A DNA stretch of 64,000 nucleotides from a virus (taxonomy: Duplodnaviria; Caudoviricetes): the IMG/VR virus record IMGVR_UViG_3300037882_000231, positions 699 through 64,698 of that record; one strand, written 5' to 3'. A program made the position numbers and the translations under genes. Below the pieces are notes generated by a model that did no database searches, had not been told where the DNA came from, and saw only the letters and a program-made list of their open reading frames with translations. This document shows positions 46,276-55,447 of the stretch, piece by piece. The stretch's first letter is position 1, and the number at the start of each line of letters is the position of its first letter.

Positions 46276-46623
46276 TCAGGTCGATGTCGCTCCATTTTGT
46301 GCGGCTTGTACTGCCGCCGCTACTACTAAATTTTCGTCATCGAAGTCGATTCCGGTACAGACGAAAATAATTCGCTTTGCAGAAGGAGTGTCCAGATTGT
46401 CCTCAAGCGCATAGCCCTCTTCCAACTGGTTGCCAATGCAGATAACTACCAGCCCGACGATGAAATCCATTCCTGAGTTAATCGTCTCAGGGGCTTCGGT
46501 GGACTCGTTCTCAAGGTAGGCCATAGCCTCCTTCATCTTTGTGATCGAAAGCGAGCGGGCGACAACTACTTTCCCGTCGTGAAGTTCGATTTCTTCCTTA
46601 GTTGCTACTGTCTTTGCCATCAT
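46276..46623 (-). CDS. tail assembly chaperone
   Basis: between tail tube and tape measure; contains the A-AAT-TTA slippery heptamer. Confidence 0.82.
   Translation of the reverse strand: MMAKTVATKEEIELHDGKVVVARSLSITKMKEAMAYLENESTEAPETINSGMDFIVGLVVICIGNQLEEGYALEDNLDTPSAKRIIFVCTGIDFDDENLVVAAAVQAAQNGATST
46327..46333 (-). other. programmed -1 ribosomal frameshift site
   Basis: X-XXY-YYZ heptamer A AAT TTA in the correct phase; -1 frame has TGA immediately upstream and is open downstream. Confidence 0.8.
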
Positions 46624-46666
46624 TTTCCTTTCGTTCGGCTTATCTCATTATAGCATCAAAAGGGGC

Positions 46667-46701
46667 AAAAGAACAGTGGGGAGGCCTAAGCCTCCCCACT
46701 G
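46667..46701 (-). terminator. intrinsic terminator after the tail tube genes
   Basis: CAGTGGGGAGGC-TTAG-GCCTCCCCACTG-TTCTTTT. Confidence 0.85.
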
Positions 46702-46722
46702 CCAATCACCCTCCTTTTCAGA

Positions 46723-47376
46723 TTAGGTGTAAAGCCTGTCTGCAATCTTCATATAGGTGCTACCAGCGGGTAGGCAACGGAATGTTACCGGGAATGCGGT
46801 AACCTCGTTCCTCTTAACTGAAACCCCTACGGACTCAACAGAGATAGCCCTGAATACTTCAAAGACCCTCTCGGACCTTAGTGTTGCGTGACGAGGACCG
46901 TTAGCAACGGCCACAATTCCACGCTCAGAGGGGAACTCTCCTAGAGAACCTCCCCTAATGCCCAAAACCTTAGTTTCGCCAGCGGCATCATAGCCTGACG
47001 TTGCATCTACTGTACTGTCGGCCTGACCGATAGCACGAGCAAGGTTCACTAGTGTGCCCTCAGCGAGTGTCGTTCCAAACGACACCTTCTGAGAAGTCTT
47101 AAAGAGAATAGCCGAGTCTAGCAACTGGTCTACCTCAACGTCTGAATATTCTGGCTCAATGCTCAGGTCGATACCGTCTGTGGTGAATCCAATTTCAGTG
47201 TAATTCTTCTGAACGCCCTTTCCGGCAACGCCAGCGACACTCTGTGCGTTCGATACTGAATCAGCACCACCAACGGTGTATGTGGCTGCATCACCAATGA
47301 ACGCTGTATCATCGCTACTTGCGGCACCGATGAAAACCTTAGCACCACCAACGATAATGTTCTTTACTTCTGCCAT
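46723..47376 (-). CDS. major tail (tube) protein, paralog 2
   Basis: NIIVG, G.T.DG, DVEVDQLLDSA.LFK, KRNE...FPVTFRCLP; strong RBS GGAAAGGAGGT. Confidence 0.88.
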   Translation of the reverse strand: MAEVKNIIVGGAKVFIGAASSDDTAFIGDAATYTVGGADSVSNAQSVAGVAGKGVQKNYTEIGFTTDGIDLSIEPEYSDVEVDQLLDSAILFKTSQKVSFGTTLAEGTLVNLARAIGQADSTVDATSGYDAAGETKVLGIRGGSLGEFPSERGIVAVANGPRHATLRSERVFEVFRAISVESVGVSVKRNEVTAFPVTFRCLPAGSTYMKIADRLYT

Positions 47377-47416
47377 ATCTTGTTTACCTCCTTTCCTTAG
47401 TTAGATTTATTGGCTA

Positions 47417-48070
47417 TCACGCCGTTCCGTAAAGCCTGTCAACTACCCTACCGTACTCCATGTCTGTATCAGCGGAGTCTGGAAGGCAGCGGAATGTTAC
47501 GGGGAACATTGTTGCCTCGTTACGCTTAACACCTGTTGCCACCGCCTCAACGGAGATAACTCGTGGGTGGTAGTAAATCCTTTCCGACTTTAGGTTGCCA
47601 GATGCCTGACGAGGCGCTGGGCCAACTGCGACGAAGGACCTTTCTAGAGGGGCTGCACCTAGAGATCCACCCTCAATCTTAAGAATTGAAGAGTCTCCCG
47701 CTGATGCATAAGTTCCAGTAATTGTGGTCGCTGCCTGACCAAGCGTAAATGCTAGGTTTCCGAGCGTAGCCTCCGTGAAGGAAGTCGAGATCGTAACCCT
47801 CTGCGAGGTCTTGAAGAGAGCAGCGGAGTCGAGCAACTGGTCAACCTCAACGTCAAGGTAGTCAGGCTCAAAGGATACGTCTAGTCCCTCTGAGGTGTAA
47901 CCAACACTTGCGTAGTTGGCGTTTCCTGTTCCTCCGACCGTGCTTGTGGTGATGTTTCCTGTCGCAGTCACACTTGTTGTTGCAGTTGGTGTGGCTGGAA
48001 AGTCTCCACCCTTGTCGCCAAGGTATACCTCAGCGGCACCCTGGATGATGTTTTCTACTGTCTGTGCCAT
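47417..48070 (-). CDS. major tail (tube) protein, paralog 1
   Basis: same motifs as paralog 2; RBS GAAAGGTAGGTG; upstream TGATAACAT. Confidence 0.88.
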   Translation of the reverse strand: MAQTVENIIQGAAEVYLGDKGGDFPATPTATTSVTATGNITTSTVGGTGNANYASVGYTSEGLDVSFEPDYLDVEVDQLLDSAALFKTSQRVTISTSFTEATLGNLAFTLGQAATTITGTYASAGDSSILKIEGGSLGAAPLERSFVAVGPAPRQASGNLKSERIYYHPRVISVEAVATGVKRNEATMFPVTFRCLPDSADTDMEYGRVVDRLYGTA

Positions 48071-48141
48071 ATTTGTTTTTCACCTACCTTTCGTTTTTGG
48101 TTTTGGTAGATCGCTTCACCCCTATGTTATCACAAAGGGGA

Positions 48142-48645
48142 TTAGGAGAACCTACCGTGGGCGTCCAAATTGCGTACATATTTGACCTCAATAATCATAT
48201 CGAAGGCCAGCCTGCCGGTTTGTGAACGCTCGGCATTGATCCACCTATTCTCTACCACGGTTACATTCAAGTATCCGAAATCTGATGTTGTTGTCTCATT
48301 TAGGTCCCTGGCCGAATCGTCCTGCCTGCGGAATAGGTCGTACATTAGGTTTCTTAGAGCCCTGGCAGTCTTAAAGTCCTCACACCATACCGTAAATAGT
48401 ACCTGCTCACAGGTAATGTACCATAGGCCAGCAGGTACCGGCTTTCCGACAATATCGTAAGTAATAAATGGCTTACCGGCGACCTTATCAACGAACTCTG
48501 GTTGCTGCTGGACTGGAATAATTGGGTTTAGATTTCCCATACCGGGAACAGCATAGTCGCTGGCCTGGACAATCCCGGCCTCCTGAATCTCCTCCCAAAG
48601 CCACTTTCTTAGATCATCAGTTGGGCTAATGTCGTAAAGACTCAT
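48142..48645 (-). CDS. tail terminator protein
   Basis: position before the tail tube; PIIPVQQQPE, P.I.YD, D.SA.D.N. Confidence 0.7.
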   Translation of the reverse strand: MSLYDISPTDDLRKWLWEEIQEAGIVQASDYAVPGMGNLNPIIPVQQQPEFVDKVAGKPFITYDIVGKPVPAGLWYITCEQVLFTVWCEDFKTARALRNLMYDLFRRQDDSARDLNETTTSDFGYLNVTVVENRWINAERSQTGRLAFDMIIEVKYVRNLDAHGRFS

Positions 48646-49241
48646 CGGCGGGCCTTCCTAATCTCCGACATGGCCTGACGCATTTCGTCCTCAATGATGA
48701 CCTTTAGGGCCTGATTCCTTTGAAGAGCACTTGGGGTAGTTATAGACATAAACAAACCTCTCAGCGAGCCCTGTACGACTTCTCCACCAGGGTTGTCAAC
48801 CTCTACCGGGCCTGCCGCATACACCGTCTCACCATCAACCTCAAAGACCAACTTCTCGCCATTCACGGGTGAGATAGAGACCGGTACGCCATTTTCCATG
48901 ATATAAGCCTTCTGCTCAAAAACGTATCCGTTCCTATTGGGCATCTTGGACTCCAAAAGGTCGTAGGAAATCTCAAACATTCCAGTTCCCCTGCCACGCG
49001 ATGTCATTTTGAACAGCCTTCCACCTGGATCACCAACCTGCCCCCACTCATAAACATGATGCAGGGAGGCAGGATTTGACCTAGCCCTGGCGTCTGTGCG
49101 GTCGTAAAACTGCTGACGGAGAGATTCGAAAACCTTGCGGCTAACCCTCTCCTTCGCAGCCTTTGACCCAGCCCTCTGAACGACCTTGTTGTGAGCCTCA
49201 AGTACGCGGATTGGAATGTCTAGGTTATAGCCCTTCGACAT
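48642..49241 (-). CDS. neck / tail-completion protein
   Basis: LHHVYEWGQVG...RLF, F..KA.IME.G..V.I.P, NPGG; position. Confidence 0.65.
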   Translation of the reverse strand: MSKGYNLDIPIRVLEAHNKVVQRAGSKAAKERVSRKVFESLRQQFYDRTDARARSNPASLHHVYEWGQVGDPGGRLFKMTSRGRGTGMFEISYDLLESKMPNRNGYVFEQKAYIMENGVPVSISPVNGEKLVFEVDGETVYAAGPVEVDNPGGEVVQGSLRGLFMSITTPSALQRNQALKVIIEDEMRQAMSEIRKARR

Positions 49242-49656
49242 CTTGCACCTCCGAGCGCGTAAGGAAGGAAACGTATTCTACAATCCTACCGTAAGCGTCA
49301 ACAACAGGAGAGGACCCATTTGAGTCATAAATTGTTGGATTGCCATCATCCTCGGCAAAGAGGTGCCCAGTAGAGTCAACGATCCAGGTTACCTGGGCCG
49401 ACTTTGGAATTGATCCGGCAGTATACATTCTAAGCATATCGCTAGATGAATAAAAGCCCATAGAGCCGTACTTTTCAAAGACGCCTGGGGCGTCCTTTCC
49501 AGACGCTACGATGGCCGAGGCATAGCACCAGAATGGATTTGTCAATGCGTATGAGCGCACCAACTCACCAGTATCAGGGTCCTGTTCGACTTCCTCTGTC
49601 CTGAGCATTGCTGACATCGAGTACCTTGCGGATGTCCCGCACCCGTAAATTGTCAT
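49225..49656 (-). CDS. head-to-tail stopper/closure protein
   Basis: Q...TG...R, beta-rich, follows the adaptor. Confidence 0.65.
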   Translation of the reverse strand: MTIYGCGTSARYSMSAMLRTEEVEQDPDTGELVRSYALTNPFWCYASAIVASGKDAPGVFEKYGSMGFYSSSDMLRMYTAGSIPKSAQVTWIVDSTGHLFAEDDGNPTIYDSNGSSPVVDAYGRIVEYVSFLTRSEVQDVEGL

Positions 49657-50540
49657 ACAACGAGGTACCTATGGAATCTGTAGTGATCAAGCAAAAGGTC
49701 CACCGCTCGCAGCCCAGTCCCATAGAATGCTAGCCTGTTGGTCTTAGTCGATGACTCGCCAAACTTAACCTGCTCAACATACTTATTGACAGTTGAGGAA
49801 TCTGAGCATAGGTAGTGAATAGCCAACTGCTTAGTTGCCAACTGAACATCAATCGGAACTTCTTCGGGACCAAAAATTCCAACAACGTAGTATTCGTAGC
49901 CACTTGGAAATCCGAACTTTTGCCCAGTAGAATCACGGACCTCAACTAGTTGGCCGGAATCTGACACGGCAACAGTTGAGTCCAGATCAGGTCCGTAGAT
50001 CATTTCTTCGTCATGAAAAACAGCACCGACCCATGAAACGGGCTCGTCAAGGTACAGGGAGCATCCATCCGTCGCATCAACCTGAACCTTCTTATACCTT
50101 CTTCCGAAAGAGCGTCCAGTGAATGAATCCACCACACGTCTTGCTAGCGACTCCATTTCCCTTACAACCGTCCATGGCTGATAGTTCTGAGCCATTGGGT
50201 CGTTCAGCGAGATGCCGCCAGAAATTGCAATGTCCTCAACAGAGGCATACTTTGTGACAACATCATATGAGTTCTTTACGGTTTTGAGAACCGCACCGTC
50301 ATAGTAAGATAGTTCAATCTTAAACGGCTCAGGCCATTGGGACAATTCTGATACATCAATTGCAATCTCCTTGGCCGCTGCATTGGAGATAGATGTTACA
50401 GTGTACGGAGGTGTGGATGTCTCGATAGTCCTTTTGCCGGTGTCGTCAAAAATTGACCTGGCAGCAGAAACGGATACCAAATCATGCTCATCGTCCAGTA
50501 GGACAACGACGACCGGCTCGCCTTCATAAATCTCAATCAA
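49653..50540 (-). CDS. head-to-tail adaptor
   Basis: Y.S.ED, E..AR..VD.FTG..F, VP.DV..A...L, GTG...VD.LL..Y. Confidence 0.75.
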   Translation of the reverse strand: MIEIYEGEPVVVVLLDDEHDLVSVSAARSIFDDTGKRTIETSTPPYTVTSISNAAAKEIAIDVSELSQWPEPFKIELSYYDGAVLKTVKNSYDVVTKYASVEDIAISGGISLNDPMAQNYQPWTVVREMESLARRVVDSFTGRSFGRRYKKVQVDATDGCSLYLDEPVSWVGAVFHDEEMIYGPDLDSTVAVSDSGQLVEVRDSTGQKFGFPSGYEYYVVGIFGPEEVPIDVQLATKQLAIHYLCSDSSTVNKYVEQVKFGESSTKTNRLAFYGTGLRAVDLLLDHYRFHRYLVV

Positions 50541-50591
50541 CTAACTCTCCACCCTCTCTATTATTCATACTTGAATTATATCATGATGGGG

Positions 50592-50621
50592 AAAAGAAGA
50601 AGGCCCCGCAGAAGCGGGGCC
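50592..50621 (-). terminator. intrinsic terminator
   Basis: GGCCCCGC-TTCT-GCGGGGCC-TTCTTCTTTT. Confidence 0.8.
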
Positions 50622-50635
50622 AACCTCAGAAAATC

Positions 50636-51031
50636 TTAGCCGTAGAACTGTTCTGCGTCACGCTCTGTCGCGTAGCGGAACAACCGTGGGTTCTTCTCAA
50701 CTAGGCGGTCGGCAACAGACTCAAGGACTACAACAAATGGGCTCTTCGCGCTAGCCCTGATGCCGGGGCCAGTGTACGAACCAAGTCCTGTAAACTGAAC
50801 CAGAACCTCCTTGCCATCAGCCTTCTTCGCTGGCTTGGCTTCGGCCTCCGCAATTGGGTCGGCCTCCTTTGGCTCTCCAGAGGTTGCATTGATCAGGTTT
50901 TGGTAAAGTTCAAACGTAACCCCCTCCTCATCTAGGTGCTTAATGATGGTGGCTTTTGTGCCCGTGGGATCAACTGCGAATTGCTCAGCAACTGCGACCA
51001 ATTCATCCTTCTTCATATCTTCGAATGACAT
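50636..51031 (-). CDS. capsid-module protein with N-terminal HeH/SAP-like motif
   Basis: MKKDELVAVAEQF.V...GTKATII..L. Confidence 0.7.
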   Translation of the reverse strand: MSFEDMKKDELVAVAEQFAVDPTGTKATIIKHLDEEGVTFELYQNLINATSGEPKEADPIAEAEAKPAKKADGKEVLVQFTGLGSYTGPGIRASAKSPFVVVLESVADRLVEKNPRLFRYATERDAEQFYG

Positions 51032-51071
51032 ATCTATCCTCCTCTCGGTGTCAACTTCAAGTATACCAGGG

Positions 51072-51105
51072 AAACGAACTGAGGGGCTCCGAAGAGCCCC
51101 TCAGT
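51072..51105 (-). terminator. terminator after major capsid
   Basis: ACTGAGGGGCTC-TTCG-GAGCCCCTCAGT-TCGTTT. Confidence 0.8.
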
Positions 51106-51131
51106 CCTATTCAGTTTTAGGTGAAGCGGGA

Positions 51132-52190
51132 TCAGACTGCGCCTGAGCCCTTGACCAAGACATCCTTGACCACAACGTAGGCATCCCAGTTCTGAACCTG
51201 GATACCAAAACGCATGAACATGGTGTACTCGGTTGTGTCCTTCTTCTTCTTGAACTCGTCGTAGAACTCGATGTCCCTCTTGACACCCCAAATACGGTTG
51301 CCAGGAGTTGTCAACTCAACGTGACCAAGTGTGTCGGCGTCGCCCACAGCAGATGAGGCGGTGTCCTCATTGAATAGAGGAACCTCAACGATGGGTACTC
51401 CGAACGCAAGCGGGTAAGTTCCGCCACCAGGTCCCTGAGGACCAGAAAGCGAACCGCGAAGAACATCAGCAGTGATAGTCTCAACTGTCTGCTCGCCATT
51501 TACAACGCCAGTTAGTGAGGTCAGGTAGTCCTGAACCAGTCCTGAACCAGTGTAGAAGCGTAGAGCGGATCGGTTGGCCTTGTACTTACGAGGTAGGGCC
51601 TTGAGCGCGCGGTCGAAAACCGAACGTCCAATTACAGCCTCGTTCCAGTCGATAACGTGAGCAAGTCCGTCAGTGACGCCCTGCTTGTAGAAACCGTCTA
51701 GAATGTTAAGACCTGGAGTTCCACCACTACCAGCAGCGTAAACACCGTTGATTGCTAGGTCCTCAATGTCGTTACCAGCCTGTGTTGCGAATAGGCGAGC
51801 AATGTGACCAGAAGTACCGTCACCCTCAATGCTGTCCTCGTTCGTCTCCCTGGAAACCTCCCAGTCCAAACGAATCTTGTTGGTTGTGATCGTGATCTTT
51901 GAGAACGCAACTGGTGCATTCTCGTAGGTTCCGTCAGCCTCAGTGGCCCTACGGATAACACGCTCGCCAACAGCGATAGCGTCGATGTCTACCTCATTGG
52001 CACGCATAGTGATCCTGCGACCGTCCTTTGCAAGGGTCGTAGCATCCCACATGTAGTCAATGAATTGGTTGGCCTGCTCAGCGTTGAGCAAACCACTTGA
52101 TGTAGCCATGGAGTTCGATAGGTTAGCGCCGGGTCCACCGACATAACCTGAGAGAACTTCACCAGCCTTTTCAATAATTTCGTCAGCCAT
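51132..52190 (-). CDS. major capsid protein (HK97 fold)
   Basis: GLL..EQ...FIDY, K.RLDWE.S.E..ED.IEG, GNDIEDLAING; after the protease. Confidence 0.92.
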   Translation of the reverse strand: MADEIIEKAGEVLSGYVGGPGANLSNSMATSSGLLNAEQANQFIDYMWDATTLAKDGRRITMRANEVDIDAIAVGERVIRRATEADGTYENAPVAFSKITITTNKIRLDWEVSRETNEDSIEGDGTSGHIARLFATQAGNDIEDLAINGVYAAGSGGTPGLNILDGFYKQGVTDGLAHVIDWNEAVIGRSVFDRALKALPRKYKANRSALRFYTGSGLVQDYLTSLTGVVNGEQTVETITADVLRGSLSGPQGPGGGTYPLAFGVPIVEVPLFNEDTASSAVGDADTLGHVELTTPGNRIWGVKRDIEFYDEFKKKKDTTEYTMFMRFGIQVQNWDAYVVVKDVLVKGSGAV

Positions 52191-52216
52191 TTTGTTTTAT
52201 TTCACATCCTTTCCTG

Positions 52217-53482
52217 TTAGTTTGATGGAACGGTGAAGCGATCCGCCCAAATATCCTTCTTCTCAACTGGTGCCGCCTCAGCGGTCCTATCGGAAGCCTT
52301 CTTTACAACAAGCGACTTCTCTACTGCACCGAGACGCTCAGAGATTTCTCCCTTAGTTGCCTCAAGTGTTTCTGAAACCGACTTGTTGATTTCGCCTGCA
52401 AGGGCTTCAACCTTGCCTGCGTTCTCTTCAACGGCCTTGGTGACCGTTGTGATAAGTTCTGTGGTTGTCTCTAGTCCCTTAGAGAGACTGGTTAGCGTAC
52501 CGGCCATTTCACCAATTGCGCTCTGCAAATTGGCCAATTCCTGCTTCCAATCGATCTCATCCTCTACCGCAGCCTCGCTTGTTACTGGGGCAACCTCTTC
52601 GGTCGTAGCCTCAGCGGTTACTTCGTCTGCGGTGTCAGACGCCTTCTCTACGGGCACGACGACCTCATCAACCTCAGCAGCAACTTCTGCTGCCTTGTCT
52701 ACTACTTCATCTGCCATATTGTCTGTTACACCTTCTTCCTTTTGTACCGCTGGCTTGGCGGCATTCTTTATTAATCCGAGAATTGCATTTACTTTTTCTG
52801 TACCAGTTAGTTCGCTAGCGATCCAACCGATCTTCTCACAGGAACTTCCACACTCGGTACAAGTGCCTGTACCAATTGTAGCAATGTTATCCTCAGAACA
52901 CCAGAAAACATCTACGGTTTCCACACCTACTGCAATACCGGAAATCTCATTCTTTCCATCAGCACTCTTTTGCACGGCGAATACGCTAGCCAATTGATTC
53001 GCTGGCGAGTCTACTAATGACAATTCGACGAGGATATACTTCTTGATAATGTTGATAAACTTACCAAGGCCCTCGTCGAAGAATTCTTCTGATCCACCAG
53101 GTGGAACCATTCCACCAATAGAAAAGCCTGTGAGCGTCCCGTCAAGGACCTTCTCCCAGGTTGATTGTGCGCCCTTGGAAACATATACGTCAACGTAGAT
53201 GCCTTCATAGATCTCCTGCGTCTGGGGGTCGAAGTAGGACTGCTCCCTAAAGTTTACAACCCTACCTGCGGCGATCTTTTCATGCATCTCACGGACATTG
53301 CCTAGAAAGTTATCGAAAGCCTCCTTAGAGGCCTCGGATAGGACGATGTCGCCCTGTGTGTCCAGGTTGTTAAGAGTCGCAAATCCAGACACGATTCTAC
53401 GCTCACGATCAACTTTGGTGATCGGAACGCCCAGTGAAACCTGCCCGTTGCGGGACTCCCAATGGCTCTTAGTAATTTCCAT
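52217..53482 (-). CDS. capsid maturation protease fused to scaffold
   Basis: RIVSGFAT...D.QGD, REMH, GFSIGG, ELSLVD.PAN; acidic coiled-coil C-terminus. Confidence 0.9.
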   Translation of the reverse strand: MEITKSHWESRNGQVSLGVPITKVDRERRIVSGFATLNNLDTQGDIVLSEASKEAFDNFLGNVREMHEKIAAGRVVNFREQSYFDPQTQEIYEGIYVDVYVSKGAQSTWEKVLDGTLTGFSIGGMVPPGGSEEFFDEGLGKFINIIKKYILVELSLVDSPANQLASVFAVQKSADGKNEISGIAVGVETVDVFWCSEDNIATIGTGTCTECGSSCEKIGWIASELTGTEKVNAILGLIKNAAKPAVQKEEGVTDNMADEVVDKAAEVAAEVDEVVVPVEKASDTADEVTAEATTEEVAPVTSEAAVEDEIDWKQELANLQSAIGEMAGTLTSLSKGLETTTELITTVTKAVEENAGKVEALAGEINKSVSETLEATKGEISERLGAVEKSLVVKKASDRTAEAAPVEKKDIWADRFTVPSN

Positions 53483-53521
53483 TTGTCTTGAGTATATCAT
53501 AAGTCTCAAATATTAATTGGA

Positions 53522-55093
53522 CTATTCGGACGATCTTCCTTCACCTTTTGGATTCCTTGCCTCACCAGCAGAATCAGTCGCGCCATTAGCCCTCTCGCGG
53601 GCGCGTGCATCATTACCAGTAGCATTGCTCTTAGCGTCCGCTGCCTGCTGTGGCTTTAGATCAACGACTTTATCTCCACCGTCAATACCGGGCAGACCCA
53701 TTCTCGCCCTAACCTCATTAGGAACAATTACCTGCATTCGCAAATACCTTTCGTCAATCTTTGACTGGGTATCCTCGTCGGTTAGCGACAATTCATTTAG
53801 TTTGAATAGGAATACATCTGACTTCTCCGCAACAATCATGTTGATTCTCTTTTCGAAGATGGCCTGCGTTGGCCTCGTTACCTGCTCCTTGAAAGTCTTG
53901 TCAGCGTCACGGGACGCAGCAAGGGAGACGCCAGGTGCCAGCATGATCTTAGAGATTGGTGTTCTGTTCGCAGCCAGGACCTTATCCCTGTTACCGTCCT
54001 CGTACTTAACGAAGGATGCATCCTGAATACCGGCCTCGACAGGCTCAATCTTGAACTCAACCTTCCTGTCAGGGTCATCAGCGGGAAGAGGAATGTAAAG
54101 TGTCCTGTGATTCTTTCCCTTCAACTTGACGTTGAAGAACTCGTACAGTGCATTCTCTGCCTGGGTAGAGAGTGTTGCACCCTTCACAACAACGATGTGG
54201 CGCGGTACAGCCTTGTTCTCAAAGTAATCCAGGTTGAACGTAGTCGCAAAGCGTGATCCTAGCACGGCCCCGATTGCTGAAATGATGTCTGGGGCTCCGT
54301 AGTAGTCGCTGTTCGGCGTGTACTTCTTAAAGTGTATAACCTCATGTGGAGACTCGTCGCCATTAATGGGATCTACAGTCTCAGCATCATTGAAATTCCT
54401 AAAGAACGCAACCTTGTTCGTATTCACCATTTGAACAAATCCGTCTCTGGCTTGACGAACTCGCATTGTCGTAGCAGGGATGTGGCCGATATATGCGATA
54501 ACACCGCTGGATGTTCGACCAACCTCAAGGTAGGCGTTGCCAGTTGATTCGTAGTCCTTGCCCAACTTGATAAGAATTTCAGTAATGGTGTCCTCAGCGT
54601 TGAGAGAATCAAGCCACAGATTGTGGTCCTGGCGCAACTTCTCCAACTTCCTACGAAACTTGTCGAGCGCGTCCTTCTTGCCCTCTAGCATGTCCAACTT
54701 TTGGATCGTCGCTGGGGTTGGTACAAAGTTATATCCTAGGGCTACAGTGTTGTACGTCTTAGCGTCTACCGCTCCGTTCTGCCACTGATTCTGCTCATAG
54801 ATACTCGCAAGCATCTGAAAGTTGTAAGGGGGCCTTGCTACATCAAAAAGGGAATAGGCGGTTGGGGACAAAACATCGATTCTCTTTGAAGCAACATCGC
54901 CCTTTGTTGACTCAAACTTCTTTGAGATTGTCGTAGCCCTGCGCTTGATATTGGCAGGCATCGATGTCTTTACCTTAGACAGATCAACGTCAAACTCGTC
55001 ACCAGAGGCGATGTGAACAACCTCTGCCGTGTCGAGATAGGCATCTATATCAAACTCGTTCTCGTCCTGCTCTTCTACCTTCTTAATTGCCAT
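53522..55093 (-). CDS. portal protein
   Basis: TGNAYLEV.R, HIPA.T.R, EVIHFK, YYG.PD, F.N.A.P, NEVR..MGLP...GGD. Confidence 0.93.
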   Translation of the reverse strand: MAIKKVEEQDENEFDIDAYLDTAEVVHIASGDEFDVDLSKVKTSMPANIKRRATTISKKFESTKGDVASKRIDVLSPTAYSLFDVARPPYNFQMLASIYEQNQWQNGAVDAKTYNTVALGYNFVPTPATIQKLDMLEGKKDALDKFRRKLEKLRQDHNLWLDSLNAEDTITEILIKLGKDYESTGNAYLEVGRTSSGVIAYIGHIPATTMRVRQARDGFVQMVNTNKVAFFRNFNDAETVDPINGDESPHEVIHFKKYTPNSDYYGAPDIISAIGAVLGSRFATTFNLDYFENKAVPRHIVVVKGATLSTQAENALYEFFNVKLKGKNHRTLYIPLPADDPDRKVEFKIEPVEAGIQDASFVKYEDGNRDKVLAANRTPISKIMLAPGVSLAASRDADKTFKEQVTRPTQAIFEKRINMIVAEKSDVFLFKLNELSLTDEDTQSKIDERYLRMQVIVPNEVRARMGLPGIDGGDKVVDLKPQQAADAKSNATGNDARARERANGATDSAGEARNPKGEGRSSE

Positions 55094-55430
55094 TTCTCTT
55101 CTTCCTCTTCGCGTCGTCAACGTATGATGCGATATCTCTGTCTGGTACGAATCCGTTGAGCATCTGCTCTACCTGGCCGTCATGCTCGTCCTGCGTCAGC
55201 CTGTCAGCACCCTCAAGGAACAGCGGGCTTCCGCCTTCGATGCCCAATTCCAACTTGACGAAGCGAGCGATCTGGTTCATTCTCTTAATGTCCCCTCGCA
55301 TAGAGACAACGTTTAGGACGTTGCCCTGGCCGTCGCCAAGGATATTGTTGTCAGGCATTTGCCAGACGTATACACCATATGGGATGCCCTCTTGGACAAC
55401 CCTGCGCTTAGTTCTCTTTAGTTCACCCAT
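55083..55430 (-). CDS. hypothetical protein upstream of portal (probably leaderless)
   Basis: YGVYVWQMPD...GD..GN.L; 6 nt between TGGTATACT and ATG 55430. Confidence 0.75.
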   Translation of the reverse strand: MGELKRTKRRVVQEGIPYGVYVWQMPDNNILGDGQGNVLNVVSMRGDIKRMNQIARFVKLELGIEGGSPLFLEGADRLTQDEHDGQVEQMLNGFVPDRDIASYVDDAKRKKRNGN

Positions 55431-55447
55431 GAAAACAGTATACCACG

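Noticed and set aside
52233-54026. 254-aa and 169-aa plus-strand ORFs opposite protease-scaffold and portal
   Set aside because: Ser-rich antisense shadows without domains
4473-55093. Terminase located about 47 kb from portal
   Set aside because: A known arrangement in large actinophages of this type, so not novel
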